Assembly (NCBI GenBank): GCA_002701375.1
Contig: NZVB01000036.1
Location: 87,705 to 151,704 of the forward strand
Direction of reading: 5' to 3'
Origin: Cyanobium sp. NAT70
GTDB taxonomy: Bacteria > Cyanobacteriota > Cyanobacteriia > PCC-6307 > Cyanobiaceae
Length of the DNA stretch: 64,000 nt
Made by a program: the position numbers and the translations under genes. This document shows positions 1-8,643 of this stretch, piece by piece. Position 1 is the stretch's first letter; the number at the start of each line of letters is the position of its first letter. The notes beneath the pieces are model-generated. The model worked only from the letters and a program-made list of their open reading frames with translations, was not told where the DNA came from and did no database searches.

Positions 1-180
1 AGTATTAATGGTCTCGCGGAACTAGCGGTCCCAGCCTTGAAAAGAAGTTGTTTAGTTGCTAAGTCTTGCCATGGCCATAACATTTCAGATGATCCGATCT
101 TTTTCGCCAAAGCCCTTTGCCAATTTAAACTAATTATATGTTAAGATCAAATTGTTCTCATTCTCAATTGCGAAAGAATC

Positions 181-879
181 TTGAAATTTTTGAGCTCAAG
201 GTATTCAGTAAAGCGTGCATGGATATTGGCAATTTTATATGTTGCAATGTTAATTGGTTTGAGTTTTATCACTGGTGTCCCACAAAAGCTCGTTGAAAAC
301 AAACAGATTATTAGGGAATTTACTCAAAAGGGTTTTGAATACTGGATCACCTTACTTATTTCCCTTGCCATTTCCTCCTATGCTTACGGCATTTACTGGT
401 GTAAGCATACACTCAGATTTGGGCGCCGCTTGTACCCTTTCTGGCAATCTCTCTTTGGTGCAACTTGGGGGCTCGCGACAGGTCTATGGATGCTCGGCAT
501 AGTGAATATTGCTGGTTTAATATCTAATAGCCAGCCAATTATATTGTATTTTGTATCCTTTATTGCCATATCACTTTGGCAAGCATTGGCGCAATCGCAT
601 TTTTGGGGGGTATATATTTCTCCTGAGCATGATACTGAATACAGCAATAGGCAAAAAGTGTGGAGGGCACATGTTCCACACTTAGCCTGTAGCTTGGTTT
701 TGCCAGTGTTTTTTAATGCGCAATTGAGTTTTATTGGACTGCAGGTACTAGCACTGGTGTTAACTTCTATAGGCTTGCGTATGCCAGTCTGGTGGGATAA
801 AGAAAAACAAGTACCACCAACCCTAAAGAAAGGCCTCTGGGGATTACCGAGAACGTCAGGCGTAAAGATTAGCAATTAG
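181..879 (+). CDS. Multi-pass membrane protein of unknown function
   Basis: 232-aa ORF with about 6 hydrophobic segments and His-containing motifs (HFWGVYISPEHDT, HVPH); AT-rich DNA. Confidence 0.75.
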   Translation: MKFLSSRYSVKRAWILAILYVAMLIGLSFITGVPQKLVENKQIIREFTQKGFEYWITLLISLAISSYAYGIYWCKHTLRFGRRLYPFWQSLFGATWGLATGLWMLGIVNIAGLISNSQPIILYFVSFIAISLWQALAQSHFWGVYISPEHDTEYSNRQKVWRAHVPHLACSLVLPVFFNAQLSFIGLQVLALVLTSIGLRMPVWWDKEKQVPPTLKKGLWGLPRTSGVKISN

Positions 880-1520
880 CTAAAGGTATACATTAACAGC
901 ATACTAATAAATATAAATTCACCCAAATTTGAGAGATATAACCCATGTTTAGCAGCCACAGCATTCCCTAAAAGCATTGAGACGGAACCAATGATTAGGT
1001 ATAAACCATTGTTAGTACTTTTAATGATGCCAATCCAAAAATAAACGAGAATAAGCAAGACTAAGACAATTCTGAAAAGCGGCTGACCCGAACTGTCTAC
1101 GTTTTTGTATCTTAGAAAGTTATTTGATGCTACTAGTTTCAATTTTAAGTTGAAAAAAGATATCTTTACCGAGAGTGCGCTCCAAGCGAGAGCGACTGCC
1201 CATGCAATGACTTTAAGACTGCCTAGCATTTCGATATTAGCAATATCAAAAAAATCAAGTGACATCGGCAGCAGTATTGGGGTGACAATGGCATGCAATA
1301 AATATCTGACTTTTGAAAAAATAAGCAAAAGTTTGCATTTATAGAGAGCTCGCGTAAACGTAAGTATGGAATTCTCGACTAAAAGGTTCACAAGTATTGT
1401 AAGCAAAAGAAATCGCAAATCCGGATGTGCAAAGCTAGAGTCGGGCGCAAAGATTAATCTGGAAATTAGCAATAAATAGCCAAAACAGAGACTTGCAAAA
1501 AGCAACCTTATATTCAGCAT
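876..1520 (-). CDS. Multi-pass membrane protein of unknown function
   Basis: 214-aa highly hydrophobic ORF (RYLLHAIVTP motif); starts 4 nt after the stop of 1525..2739, so probably co-transcribed. Confidence 0.7.
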   Translation of the reverse strand: MLNIRLLFASLCFGYLLLISRLIFAPDSSFAHPDLRFLLLTILVNLLVENSILTFTRALYKCKLLLIFSKVRYLLHAIVTPILLPMSLDFFDIANIEMLGSLKVIAWAVALAWSALSVKISFFNLKLKLVASNNFLRYKNVDSSGQPLFRIVLVLLILVYFWIGIIKSTNNGLYLIIGSVSMLLGNAVAAKHGLYLSNLGEFIFISMLLMYTFS

Positions 1521-1524
1521 GATC

Positions 1525-2739
1525 TCAGAAGGTGCGATTATTTAAGAAATCAAAACCAAGCCTCACAATTTCATTGAGCTGGTTTTCTCTGCTTATACCA
1601 GCAGGATGATCTCCATATTGCAAAAAATTAGAAGTTTTACCATCCCAATAATCGCCGAATTGAGTATGATTAGCTCCTTCTATAGAGTGGATGAGCGGAT
1701 GCGACGGCAAAAGATGTTTCTCCTTCATGACTTTATCTGGTGGGACGAGTCCATCGTGTGTGCCGCTGATACTTAATGTTGGAATTTTTAGACTCTTCAG
1801 GCAGTGAATTGGCGACGGGAATGATCCCCAAAACATGAGTGAATCAACGTGGTTAGGTGATTTAAATGTATATTTTGCTGCGGCTACTCCACCCAAGGAA
1901 TGACCAGCTAAACACCAATGCTCAATCCCTGGAAACGTTTTTCGAATTAAGCTATTTTGAGACAAAGAGTTATCGTTGTCAAGAAGTGCGAAACCTAGTG
2001 GCACATTTTGTACAACGCACAAGATGCCTCGCTTGGCAAAACTGGCAGCAACTTTTGCATACGCTCTAAAATCAACAAATCCTCCTGGCAAAATCAATAT
2101 CCCCATCTTACACTTTCTAGAATTTGGCTTGTAAGCATAAAACGAATTGGTATAGCGTTTTCCAGCTAAACCAAGTTCTGTTAGCCAGGTTGCAACATTT
2201 TTACCTCTAATTTGCCATGTTGAAGTGATTGGATTGAAATTTTCAGGGTAAACCAATTCAATATCATTGCGGCTTTTTAGATAGTTTGAGACACTTGGTA
2301 GTGGAGACAATTTTTCGCCTCTAATTATTCTTTTCAACGGATGCGCTTCGTGTGGATTCAAATTTTGGGAGTCAAGATTATCTCTGAATATCGCCTCTAT
2401 TTTTCGAAGTGATTCCTTATTCTTTATAGCATTAGTTTTGTCATCATTTTCGTCATTCGCCAGAAGCTGAATAAGTGACAATATTGATTCAATATGTCTT
2501 TCGTCTCTAATGGTTCTTGCTATGTTTAGCGCCTCCTCAGTACTTATGGGCTCTTCCAAGAGTTTTTTTACTGTAACTGCTGTCTTTGTATCATGGTAGT
2601 TGTCTTCACTTCGAAAATGATCGGAAACGAATGAGGTGAGTATGTTTTTTTCGTTTGTTGTGATAAGCCCATCGGCTTTAATCATCCATACCAGGAGCGT
2701 TGCTGTCGCAGTGTTTTCCCAGAGGGTCAAGCTTCCCAT
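1525..2739 (-). CDS. Alpha/beta hydrolase with N-terminal TerB-like helical domain
   Basis: GHSLGG nucleophile elbow, GTHDGLV Asp, GANHTQFG His; N-terminus MIKADGLITTNEK resembles the TerB ADG..E motif. Confidence 0.8.
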   Translation of the reverse strand: MGSLTLWENTATATLLVWMIKADGLITTNEKNILTSFVSDHFRSEDNYHDTKTAVTVKKLLEEPISTEEALNIARTIRDERHIESILSLIQLLANDENDDKTNAIKNKESLRKIEAIFRDNLDSQNLNPHEAHPLKRIIRGEKLSPLPSVSNYLKSRNDIELVYPENFNPITSTWQIRGKNVATWLTELGLAGKRYTNSFYAYKPNSRKCKMGILILPGGFVDFRAYAKVAASFAKRGILCVVQNVPLGFALLDNDNSLSQNSLIRKTFPGIEHWCLAGHSLGGVAAAKYTFKSPNHVDSLMFWGSFPSPIHCLKSLKIPTLSISGTHDGLVPPDKVMKEKHLLPSHPLIHSIEGANHTQFGDYWDGKTSNFLQYGDHPAGISRENQLNEIVRLGFDFLNNRTF

Positions 2740-3000
2740 TTGCGGGGATCGAATTTTTAACTAGATTCTCCTACTATCCTAGGCAAATCCTAAAAAGTTT
2801 CAAAAAATAAACGCTGCGAAAAAGCTAACGACCGAGAAATTCGAATCTTGGCTAACGGCAAGAGGCATCGCCGTTATGGCTTGCTAGCAGGAGTGACTTA
2901 ACTTCCGATCACCGATGGAACTAATTGCTTACTGGCGTGAACAAGGATCCCCTTCAATCACCCATCAGGCGGCAAGGCATCAATCACCACAAGTCCATGG

Positions 3001-3237
3001 CTAACCAAGTCAAAGAGAAGAACTATCCCGAGGGTTGCTAGCGAAATCATGAACAGTTCTCGGGCTCGACTCGTGCCTGAGCGTCGCCTGGAGCGTGAAT
3101 ACATCCACCCCTGTCTCCGCATGTCTGGCATGGCTGGCCTCAGTTGGTGAGGGTGGACGTGAAACCCGGCTGCCCTTCCCCACTTGCAACAGATCTGACC
3201 AATCGCCTTTCGAGTGAGGTGCCCCTCTCAGGCCCAA
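3001..3237 (-). pseudogene. Tyrosine recombinase/integrase C-terminal remnant
   Basis: Minus strand reads HLTRKAIGQICCKWGRAAGFHVHPHQLR (HxxR box), then after a frameshift SHARHA..GVDVFTLQATLRH...SNPRDSSSL*LG*; no N-terminal part, catalytic Tyr region degenerate. Confidence 0.8.
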
Positions 3238-3519
3238 TGGGTCAATTGAGTGATCAGGCGACGGCTCTTGGAGTCTCAGGGCTGCTTGAAGATCTCTCGA
3301 TTTGATGCAGAAATTGCGTCATGCCCCAACTGATGCAGAAAGGGGAACATTCAGGCAGTCACGCCTGACCCATGACCCGCGACACACGCACCCATCATCC
3401 ACGGTGGTGGGCTGCAACCACAGGCAGAAGCAAGTGGGTTGGGCGCTGGAGATTGCGTAACAACCCTGCGTGACGACCCACAACATCGACGGCATCATCT
3501 GACCACTCAAGGTTGTTTG

Positions 3520-4470
3520 ATGCAGCGCTCCATCAACTTGTCGCTTTCGCTTGGTGGTGCCGCTGCACTCATCCTCGCCAACACTCCTCTCTTGCCTGCT
3601 GCTGCTCAAGAAGCAGACACTGCTGAGGATCTCGGCGGTTTGATGAGCATCAGCCTCAAAGACGTCGTCAAGCCCACCATTGGCTTTCAAGGGGCTCTGC
3701 AAGGTGCAGGCACCCCCAACCAAGCCGGCATCGGCGGCTTTCTTCCCCTCTCGGTTGGCGAGAACAGCGTCTGGTTCCTTGATGCCCTGGTTAACGTCAA
3801 CTTTGCTGATCGCGATGGTGAGAGCAGCATCATCAACACCGATGTGGATGGAGGCTTCTCCACCTCCACACGCCTGGGTTACCGCTGGCTCAATGATGAC
3901 CGCAGCTGGATGTTTGGGTTGAATGCGGGCTATGACACTCGCACCATCGCATCAGGTAACGCAGATATCCCAGTTTTCGACAAGCAAACAATCTTTTTCA
4001 ACCAAGTTGGTATTAACGCAGAAGCGGTCTCCAACAGCTGGACCTTCAATGGCTATGGGCTGATCCCATTCGGGGATGTGGAGCAGAAACTCAACAGTGT
4101 TTATGACGCTGGTGCACTCAAAACCTACGGATTGGATATTGGCTATTTCATTACCCCGGCACTGCATGCCTCTGCTGGTTACTACTACCAGCACCGTGAT
4201 CAAGAAGACGTCGATGGTTCAGGTGTGCGCGGTCGCCTCGCTTATGACATCAGCCAAGGGTTAACAACTGGTATTAATATTTCCTATGACGAGACTTACA
4301 ATACGCGCATTTCAGCCGATCTCAGTGTTCGCTTTGGCGGCCCAAGCACAACAGCAGCCAAGAAGAAAAAGTGGGAGAATCCAACAATTAATGCCCTAAC
4401 CGCATCACCCAAGAACAGGGATGTGCGGGTACACGACTCGAAATGCGACAAGTGCTCGACAAGTGCTTAA
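3520..4470 (+). CDS. Outer-membrane beta-barrel protein, inverse autotransporter (intimin/invasin) beta-domain-like
   Basis: Signal peptide (..LLPAAAQE); RLGYRWL, MFGLNAGYD, GVRGRLAY and NISYD barrel motifs; start placed at ATG 3520 rather than the longer ORF start. Confidence 0.7.
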   Translation: MQRSINLSLSLGGAAALILANTPLLPAAAQEADTAEDLGGLMSISLKDVVKPTIGFQGALQGAGTPNQAGIGGFLPLSVGENSVWFLDALVNVNFADRDGESSIINTDVDGGFSTSTRLGYRWLNDDRSWMFGLNAGYDTRTIASGNADIPVFDKQTIFFNQVGINAEAVSNSWTFNGYGLIPFGDVEQKLNSVYDAGALKTYGLDIGYFITPALHASAGYYYQHRDQEDVDGSGVRGRLAYDISQGLTTGINISYDETYNTRISADLSVRFGGPSTTAAKKKKWENPTINALTASPKNRDVRVHDSKCDKCSTSA

Positions 4471-4515
4471 TGCATGAACTCAACTAAACAGGAACAGGGA
4501 GGTGTGCGGGTGCAC
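4413..4515 (+). repeat. Imperfect direct repeat of the NRDVRVH-coding segment plus an 11-bp tandem duplication
   Basis: gaacagggatgtgcgggtacac (4413-4434) vs gaacagggaGGtgtgcgggtgcac (4492-4515); cgacaagtgct x2 (4446-4467). Confidence 0.85.
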
Positions 4516-4577
4516 TAAGTGGCCCTTGCGCCAGCTGCTGCTACTACTGAGCCTTTTCCCTAACAACCTAACCACCC

Positions 4578-4605
4578 AAAGCCCTTGCAGCAGGGGGTTT
4601 TATTT
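4578..4605 (+). terminator. Putative intrinsic terminator
   Basis: aaagcccttg-cag-cagggggttttattt: imperfect GC stem followed by T-rich tract. Confidence 0.55.
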
Positions 4606-4773
4606 CTTGAACCTCGCCAATAATCCCCCAAATCAGCTTTCAATACCTGGCACTACTGCCAACAAAATAGTCATAGTTTTCACCCGCTCAGCCGCCTAAT
4701 CCATCCACAAAAAACGCAAGGCAGAGCAAATAAAGCCTCCGCGTTCTTTAACCCTACATCTACTCATACCTCC

Positions 4774-5568
4774 TCAACGCAACTGCCAAAACCTTCGCTC
4801 CCTATCGCTATCACGGATGCCATTCGCCTTGCGAAATCTCACCGCAACTTGATGCCACTCCTCTGGGATTTGATTGAGCCGAACATCAAATGCAAATGGG
4901 AGTTGCTGCTGTCCTGGTGATATTCGATTTCTCATACTTCTGCTGCTCCTCCTGCTCTGAACCAATCGCTTCAGCATCCTTGAGCCCCAATGGCACTTAG
5001 CTCCTCCCTTGGAGTGATGGTGATACTTCTGGCAAAACCGTGCATATCGCTTGGAACATCCCTTCAAGCTTGATGCCAATTTCAGAAAGCTTGGGTGCCA
5101 CTCACTGATGCCATCACACTCCAATCTGCCATCATGTCCGTAATTGAAATAGGCATCATAAAACCCTTTTCTGATTCCAGCTGCTTTGGGATTGGCGTGG
5201 ATGTCGCGCAACGTATTCAGCACTCGTCTGTGGTTTTTAGCTGCAATCGCAGTGGCGAAATACCGAGCCTCCCAGAAGTGCCCGCAACGCCCAGAAAGAC
5301 GATTCAAAGCCATCGCTGAGTACCAACCAATCCAATGCATCAGCTTTGGCAGCTTGGATGCATCGTCAGGTCTTATGAGCAAGTGCAGGTGATTTGCCAT
5401 CAAACAAACCGCATACACCTTGCAAGCAACCTTTTGCTTGGCTTTGGCGAGCACCGCCAACAGCACATCCCTTCTTAAGCCTTTAGCGATCAAAAACTGT
5501 CGACTGTTGCACCGCAGTGTGATGTGAAAGGAGTGGCCTGCTGGCAAAGAACGTGGTTGACGTGCCAT
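4774..5568 (-). mobile_element. REP-associated tyrosine transposase (RAYT, IS200/Y1 HUH family), probably inactive
   Basis: FHITLRCN, LMANHLHLL (HUH), GHFWEARY and IHANP motifs; the expected YIHxNP reads DIHANP. Confidence 0.85.
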
Positions 5569-5629
5569 GACCTCAGCATTGATCTATGCCATGCTTGATT
5601 GGGCACCATTGATGTGTTTAAAACTCTAG

Positions 5630-5911
5630 ATGTTAAGTAGAGCCAGTCGTTTCAAGCAGCACCATCAAGCTGTCTGCACAGAACTCGATGGCGAGGTGGC
5701 TTTGTTTCAAAGCAAAACCTGCGACTATCTAGTTCTCAACGAGACAGGCTCAGCCATTTGGAATGCACTCAAGACTCAGCCATCACTGGCTGAAATCTGC
5801 TTTCAGCTACAAGAGGAATACGATGTTGATCCAGACGAGTGCCAATCCTCTGTTGAAGCCTGGCTGGAAGCGGCCTTAGAGAAGAAAGTGGTTTCTACAA
5901 TCAATAGCTAG
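5630..5911 (+). CDS. PqqD family protein / RiPP recognition element (lasso B1-like)
   Basis: 93 aa with ELDGEVAL, YLVLNETGSAIW, LQEEYDVD motifs typical of PqqD/RRE. Confidence 0.9.
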   Translation: MLSRASRFKQHHQAVCTELDGEVALFQSKTCDYLVLNETGSAIWNALKTQPSLAEICFQLQEEYDVDPDECQSSVEAWLEAALEKKVVSTINS

Positions 5912-5915
5912 ATCA

Positions 5916-6488
5916 TTAAAAACAAAAGCGCGTCTCAAGTTTTTTGCACCAAACCTCACCGCCCAGCTGGTTACCACCGAGCATCTGAAAGCCAAGACGT
6001 GAAAAATAACGCCGCATCGACGCTTTTTGAAGGCCTGGATTAATGTTTTCAGACAGCAAGACTTTTGCTCGATGATCACGTTTCTCTACTACACGATCAA
6101 ACCCTTGAAGAAATGTCCGAAAGAGCTGATTCGCCAACCGTTGGTAGCTTAGGTTTTCTGTCAGATATCGTGCTGTCGGGGTGATATACATACGTTGAAA
6201 GTAGGCATGACTTCCGAGTTCTAGTGAAGCCTCTAGCTCTCTTAATACAACAAATACAATGCCATTAATCGCGCCTAATTGATCGCGTGAAATTGCGGCT
6301 GGCTGTCGCAATATCGGCTTTTTAAGCAGATCCATTTGATTTGAGCCATAGCCATTACTTGATGCACTTCTGAAAGACCTGAGTTCCTCTTGATACGCAT
6401 TTCCATACTGTTTCCAGAAATCCTTCAATTCGCTTCTGAGCTGATCATTCACCTCTCCAAATACAAATTCAATGCGCGGCTCAGTCAA
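5916..6488 (-). CDS. Hypothetical protein, possibly GNAT-like fold
   Basis: TTG at 6488 overlaps the sulfotransferase 3' end; YFQRMYITPTAR, ENINPGL and RLGFQMLG resemble acetyltransferase-like motifs. Confidence 0.65.
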   Translation of the reverse strand: MTEPRIEFVFGEVNDQLRSELKDFWKQYGNAYQEELRSFRSASSNGYGSNQMDLLKKPILRQPAAISRDQLGAINGIVFVVLRELEASLELGSHAYFQRMYITPTARYLTENLSYQRLANQLFRTFLQGFDRVVEKRDHRAKVLLSENINPGLQKASMRRYFSRLGFQMLGGNQLGGEVWCKKLETRFCF

Positions 6489-7362
6489 GTTCCGGCCCCT
6501 CATACTGAAAGCGTTTCATCACTCCAGACAATCCCTTAGCGAGTCGTTGTCGCTGCTCAATTGAAAGCTGCTCTGCTCCTTCCCCTGTACGACCTGAGCG
6601 AAAAAAACGCTCACAACCGGCAGGTTTTTCAGCAAATCCATCCACATCCTCTTCCAGCTTTTTCAGTCGATCGATGGAGGTGTTGTCTAAAGCCTGTTGA
6701 ATGAGCTCAGCCTCAGCAGGAAGCCCCAAGAATTTGACTAATTTTGCAAACGTCTCCAATCCGTTTGCCAACATGTCTTCATAGCGCATGATCAAGACTG
6801 GAAGTTGAGTTTGATCAGCCCAGGAGCGTACATGCTGATCCCAGCGGCCCATATGTTGACGCACCTGATTGCCACCAAAGCGCTCCCCTGGCAACAGAGC
6901 TGCACTGGAATCCAGCAAGTAATCCACACAATGTTCCAACGGCCATGAGAAGAAGTGGCTGAGTGATACGGCCACATCTTCTGGGTGACGCAGGATATAA
7001 ACAACACCGGAGCAACCGGCAGTGCTCACCACCGGACGACCACGGGAATCAGGGGATTGGAAAGCATCATGCACTTTGTGAAAACGCTCGCCTTCTGCAA
7101 AAAGCCATGCACTGGCACCAGCACGACCGCGCATAGGGTCAAGCTCACTAAAACTCAGATCACAACTGTTCACCCCCAATTGGTCGTCCAACCAAAGCCT
7201 GGATGAGGCAATCGCACCCGTTTCAATATCTTGGTTGAGGTTGAGCTCTTCCCCAGGATTATCTCCCGCTAATCTCATCAATTCAGTAATAAAAACCCGG
7301 CACCAGGTGTTCCCTGATTTGGGATAAGAAGCGAGATACCAGTAGCGTTGATCTTCAGTCAT
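6481..7362 (-). CDS. PAPS-dependent sulfotransferase
   Basis: LASYPKSGNTW (5'-PSB loop), RHPEDVAVS (3'-PB), RYEDM and FFRSGRTG motifs. Confidence 0.92.
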   Translation of the reverse strand: MTEDQRYWYLASYPKSGNTWCRVFITELMRLAGDNPGEELNLNQDIETGAIASSRLWLDDQLGVNSCDLSFSELDPMRGRAGASAWLFAEGERFHKVHDAFQSPDSRGRPVVSTAGCSGVVYILRHPEDVAVSLSHFFSWPLEHCVDYLLDSSAALLPGERFGGNQVRQHMGRWDQHVRSWADQTQLPVLIMRYEDMLANGLETFAKLVKFLGLPAEAELIQQALDNTSIDRLKKLEEDVDGFAEKPAGCERFFRSGRTGEGAEQLSIEQRQRLAKGLSGVMKRFQYEGPELD

Positions 7363-8380
7363 TGCTTGCGCCCTCTTCTTTTATCTCTTTGCGCTGTTGC
7401 ATCGATTCCGGTTGCAAGAGGTCCACCTTCTTGATGCTTTCGGCCATTGATTTGATTCCATCTGGGACAACCAAGGCATGCATCGGCACCGTTCGAGCTA
7501 GTGCAGCTGCCTGCATAAACAACTGCGCTTCTGCATCCATTCCTCGATACATCCTGGCGTGAAAGGCGTTATTGCGCAGGCGCATTAATGCAGCTGTTTG
7601 CGAGAAATTGTGTGAAGCTCTGATAGATACTTTTTCCACTTCAACGCCCTCTTCAGGGTCATCTTCCTTACCTGATTCCTCTTTGGCACGGTTTAAGGCA
7701 TAGATCAGCCGCAATGGTGTTGGCTGGCTCATGCAATCCAAATCGTGCGCGAGTAGTGCATATCGCTTCAATCCCTTTCTCACCGGTGGCAACTGCTGCC
7801 AATTGAGTTCCAAAGCCACAGCAGCGTCATGCCAGAGTTTGAGTTGATGCATCCCTGGCAGAACCAACCCATCAGGGCTCACGGCAACGAGCTCACTGCT
7901 AAGCAAACGCCAACCCTCTTGAAGCAAACACCAGGCCAGGGTGGACTTTCCAGCAGCTGGATGGCCCATCAGGAGGATGGCCTCACCATCGCGCTCCAGC
8001 GCTGTTCCATGCAAAACCAATGCACCACGCTGGATCGCCAACGCCCCGAGTCCACTGGTGACAACAAACGTGCGGATGTCGCGGTCGCTGACGCTGTCAT
8101 CCCAGCGCTGCCATTCCAACCGCTCACCGCTTGTGGCACGAAACCAGCCAATGCCTTCAAGTTCCAGACGCCATTGCTGCGGCGCCAACTGCAACGTTGG
8201 CGTGCTGTGGGGACTGACCTGCAGTTCTGGCCACATCTGGTGATCAGCTTCCACCAGCTGCACCAACGGTTCACTGCCGGAGAGTGAAACTGCATCGGCT
8301 GGCATCAACTCCGGCAACGCCAACGATGACGACAGCAGCATGCCGAAAGCTTGATAGGTGCCAGGAGACGCTGGAGGCAT
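7355..8380 (-). CDS. HPr kinase-related P-loop protein (lasso-peptide kinase-like)
   Basis: YQAFGM N-terminus; LHGTAL...GHPAAGKSTLA Walker A; LKLWHDA; overlaps the sulfotransferase start. Confidence 0.85.
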   Translation of the reverse strand: MPPASPGTYQAFGMLLSSSLALPELMPADAVSLSGSEPLVQLVEADHQMWPELQVSPHSTPTLQLAPQQWRLELEGIGWFRATSGERLEWQRWDDSVSDRDIRTFVVTSGLGALAIQRGALVLHGTALERDGEAILLMGHPAAGKSTLAWCLLQEGWRLLSSELVAVSPDGLVLPGMHQLKLWHDAAVALELNWQQLPPVRKGLKRYALLAHDLDCMSQPTPLRLIYALNRAKEESGKEDDPEEGVEVEKVSIRASHNFSQTAALMRLRNNAFHARMYRGMDAEAQLFMQAAALARTVPMHALVVPDGIKSMAESIKKVDLLQPESMQQRKEIKEEGASND

Positions 8381-8560
8381 CAGTGGGCAAGCTGGCGTTG
8401 AGACATCAATGCTGCCAACGCCACAACATCCCAGCCTGCAATGGACGCCAACAACACCAGCACTCTTGCTGTCTGGGAATTGAGGCTGCCTGCTGGCAGC
8501 AGCCCAGTCCCAGGCTTACCGAATGCCCCTCACCATCCACGAGCCACTTGCGTGCAAATT
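8380..8560 (-). pseudogene. Possible 3' remnant of a deleted upstream gene
   Basis: A frame ending WDVVALAALMSQRQLAH* has its TGA overlapping the kinase ATG (TGATG) but is closed by a stop at about 8530. Confidence 0.3.
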
Positions 8561-8621
8561 TGCGTGCAATCAACTTCAAGGCGCTGCGCCAAGACCCCTA
8601 AGAAGCAAGTGTCTGACAATT

Positions 8622-8642
8622 AAAAAGGGCCCTTCCAGGCCC
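8622..8642 (-). terminator. Intrinsic terminator after tmRNA
   Basis: Minus strand gggcc-tggaag-ggccc-ttttt. Confidence 0.8.
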
Positions 8643-8643
8643 C

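Noticed and set aside
7-18. 12-bp match aatggtctcgcg to about 47859
   Set aside because: Many 12-mer matches are expected by chance in 64 kb; no extension
4502-4699. 65-aa ORF downstream of the barrel gene
   Set aside because: Runs through the terminator hairpin and has no recognisable motif; also not lasso-precursor-like
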